Shown in pieces: positions 6,891 to 7,855 of a stretch of 7,855 bases of DNA (positions are counted from its first letter, which is position 1; the number at the start of each line of letters is the position of its first letter). Both the position numbers and the translations under genes were made by a program. The notes under the pieces were generated by a model that was not told where the DNA came from, did no database searches, and was given only the letters and a program-made list of their open reading frames with translations. This stretch comes from a virus (taxonomy: Duplodnaviria; Heunggongvirae; Uroviricota; Caudoviricetes): IMG/VR virus record IMGVR_UViG_2537561859_000010. One strand, written 5' to 3'.

Positions 6891-7197
6891 GGTGAACAAT
6901 CCACTGTTCACCCTTCACCGTATATTCACCCGTTATCACACTGAAATTAAAAGAGAAAAATGAAAGGTGAACAGTGTGAACAATCAAATCAAAAAAAACT
7001 TTTTTTCTCCCTGTGCGATTTTCAGTACGGGTGATTTATCACCGGTATGAGTCACACCGGCAGAATGCCGGAGGTGAAGAATCGAATGTTCACCCTTCAC
7101 CCATTATTCACCACCTATCATACTGAAATAAAAGGATAAAAAAGAAAGGTGAACAGTGTGAACAGTTCTTTCGAAAAAAAATTTTTTCCTGTACGAT
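6891..7197. repeat. crr-like cis replication region: two ~120-bp direct repeats with a 182-bp period, each bounded by TGTTCACC / GGTGAACA octamers
   Basis: Unit 1 about 6905-7019 and unit 2 about 7087-7197 align along their length (TGTTCACCCTTCACC...CTGAAAT...GAAAGGTGAACAGTGTGAACA...A-run/T-run...CCTGT). The architecture matches the published description of P4 crr. Confidence 0.75.
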
Positions 7198-7473
7198 ATA
7201 GCATCAATCCAAGTAAAAATGCGCTTTCATTTCACATTAACTTACAGCCATTGGTATACGATTAGGTATACGCACAAAAACTGAATTAAACAAAATCATT
7301 AAAAATCAAAGCAATACAATATCTATTCAAACTCCGCCAGCCCACCAATCATGATTGGACGGTGTAAGGACAACACCAACAAAAACAGGAAGTTAGCAGT
7401 CTCAGCAGGACACCGACCAGACGGTGAGGAGACAAAAAAGGATACGCAAAGGAGCCGCGGCTCCTGGCGACAT

Positions 7474-7498
7474 GAAAGCCCACAGATGTGGGCTTTTT
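7474..7498. terminator. Bidirectional intrinsic terminator-like hairpin
   Basis: AGCCCAC-AGAT-GTGGGCT stem-loop flanked by an A-run on one side and TTTTT on the other. It lies 10 nt downstream of the stop of the convergent minus-strand gene. Confidence 0.6.
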
Positions 7499-7507
7499 CG
7501 TTGATGG

Positions 7508-7855
7508 TCAGAACGACCAGTTCACACCAGCCACCGCGTTCCACGGGGATTCCACATCGGCACCGTTGCTATACCCCACCCCGAGATGCCCGCTTAACGT
7601 ACTGCTGAATGAGGCTTTAATACCTGCCTGGTATATTCCACGTCTGCCCGACAAATCATTGACGAAATTACCGTCATTATTCACCTTCACCCGGTTATCA
7701 TCGACAAATTCTTTGCGCACAGCCGCCTTCAGCCACGGCTCAACTTCCATACCGTTCCCCAGACGCATGTTGTAACTCAGCGTTGCACCCAGTTCACGAT
7801 ATATACTGCGGGTATCGACTGATTTCGATTCCATGCCATTGGATAAATGATAGTA
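7508..7855 (-). CDS. 3' end of an outer-membrane beta-barrel protein gene (autotransporter-type translocator C-terminus); 5' part outside the window
   Basis: The frame is open to the window edge (YYHLSNGMESK... upstream of the tracked Met). The C-terminus ...GIKASFSSTLSGHLGVGYSNGADVESPWNAVAGVNWSF shows alternating hydrophobic/polar beta-strand pattern and a terminal aromatic. It does not resemble a tyrosine integrase C-terminus. Confidence 0.5.
   Translation of the reverse strand, partial: YYHLSNGMESKSVDTRSIYRELGATLSYNMRLGNGMEVEPWLKAAVRKEFVDDNRVKVNNDGNFVNDLSGRRGIYQAGIKASFSSTLSGHLGVGYSNGADVESPWNAVAGVNWSF

Noticed and set aside
4274-6911. Many antisense or out-of-frame ORFs within cnr and alpha (for example 4464-4955, 4531-5001, 5037-5798, 5975-6301, 6489-6911)
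   Set aside because: All are nested in the alpha or cnr coding sequence, which has strong motif support. Long antisense ORFs are expected in GC-rich coding sequence, and they have Arg/Gly/Pro-rich translations.
2062-7197. TGTTCACC repeat clusters as a possible CRISPR array
   Set aside because: The repeats are only 8 bp, occur in both orientations, and have irregular short spacing with no unique spacers of constant length. They fit replication iterons, not CRISPR.
7198-7507. tRNA gene or tRNA 3'-end att core at the right junction
   Set aside because: I could not find a T-arm-like GGTTCGAATCC-type motif followed by an acceptor stem and CCA on either strand. The junction cannot be pinned down from this window alone.
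7323-7775. ORFs 7323-7544 (-), 7351-7608 (+) and 7488-7775 (+)
   Set aside because: They overlap the terminator or palindrome region, or are antisense to the beta-barrel CDS; no SD; low-complexity translations.
1-7855. A defence or toxin-antitoxin system somewhere in the window
   Set aside because: Every sizeable ORF is accounted for by P4 late, regulatory or replication functions. There are no nuclease, ATPase (other than alpha), methyltransferase or toxin-like domains in unassigned space.

Overview
The window reads as about 7.2 kb of a P4-type satellite phage (phage-plasmid), almost certainly integrated, with gene sizes matching classical enterobacteria phage P4. On the minus strand sits the late operon psu-delta-sid (81-1892), driven from a Delta-activated promoter. 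A divergent control region (1893-2453) holds a TGT-N12-ACA Delta site, a cluster of TGTTCACC iterons (ori1-like), an AT-rich tract and a second Delta-type site. On the plus strand runs the left operon: vis (AlpA-like), nested eta/kil, epsilon, orf151, cnr and the 777-aa alpha primase-helicase (4506-6839). It is followed by an intrinsic terminator and two ~120-bp direct repeats of crr (6891-7197). After crr the element appears to end: an AT-rich stretch, a 14-bp palindrome, a bidirectional terminator, and the 3' end of a convergent outer-membrane beta-barrel gene running off the window. I do not see a novel defence or other undescribed system here; the cargo hotspot of P4-like satellites (psu/cos to int) lies outside the window to the left. 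The points most worth follow-up are an in-frame TGA that truncates psu 22 codons short of a 190-codon frame, a structured leader region that fits the P4 RNA-immunity model, a small upstream ORF coupled to cnr, and the right-hand junction. All homology calls are from reading the translations and recalling the P4 literature; no database search was run.
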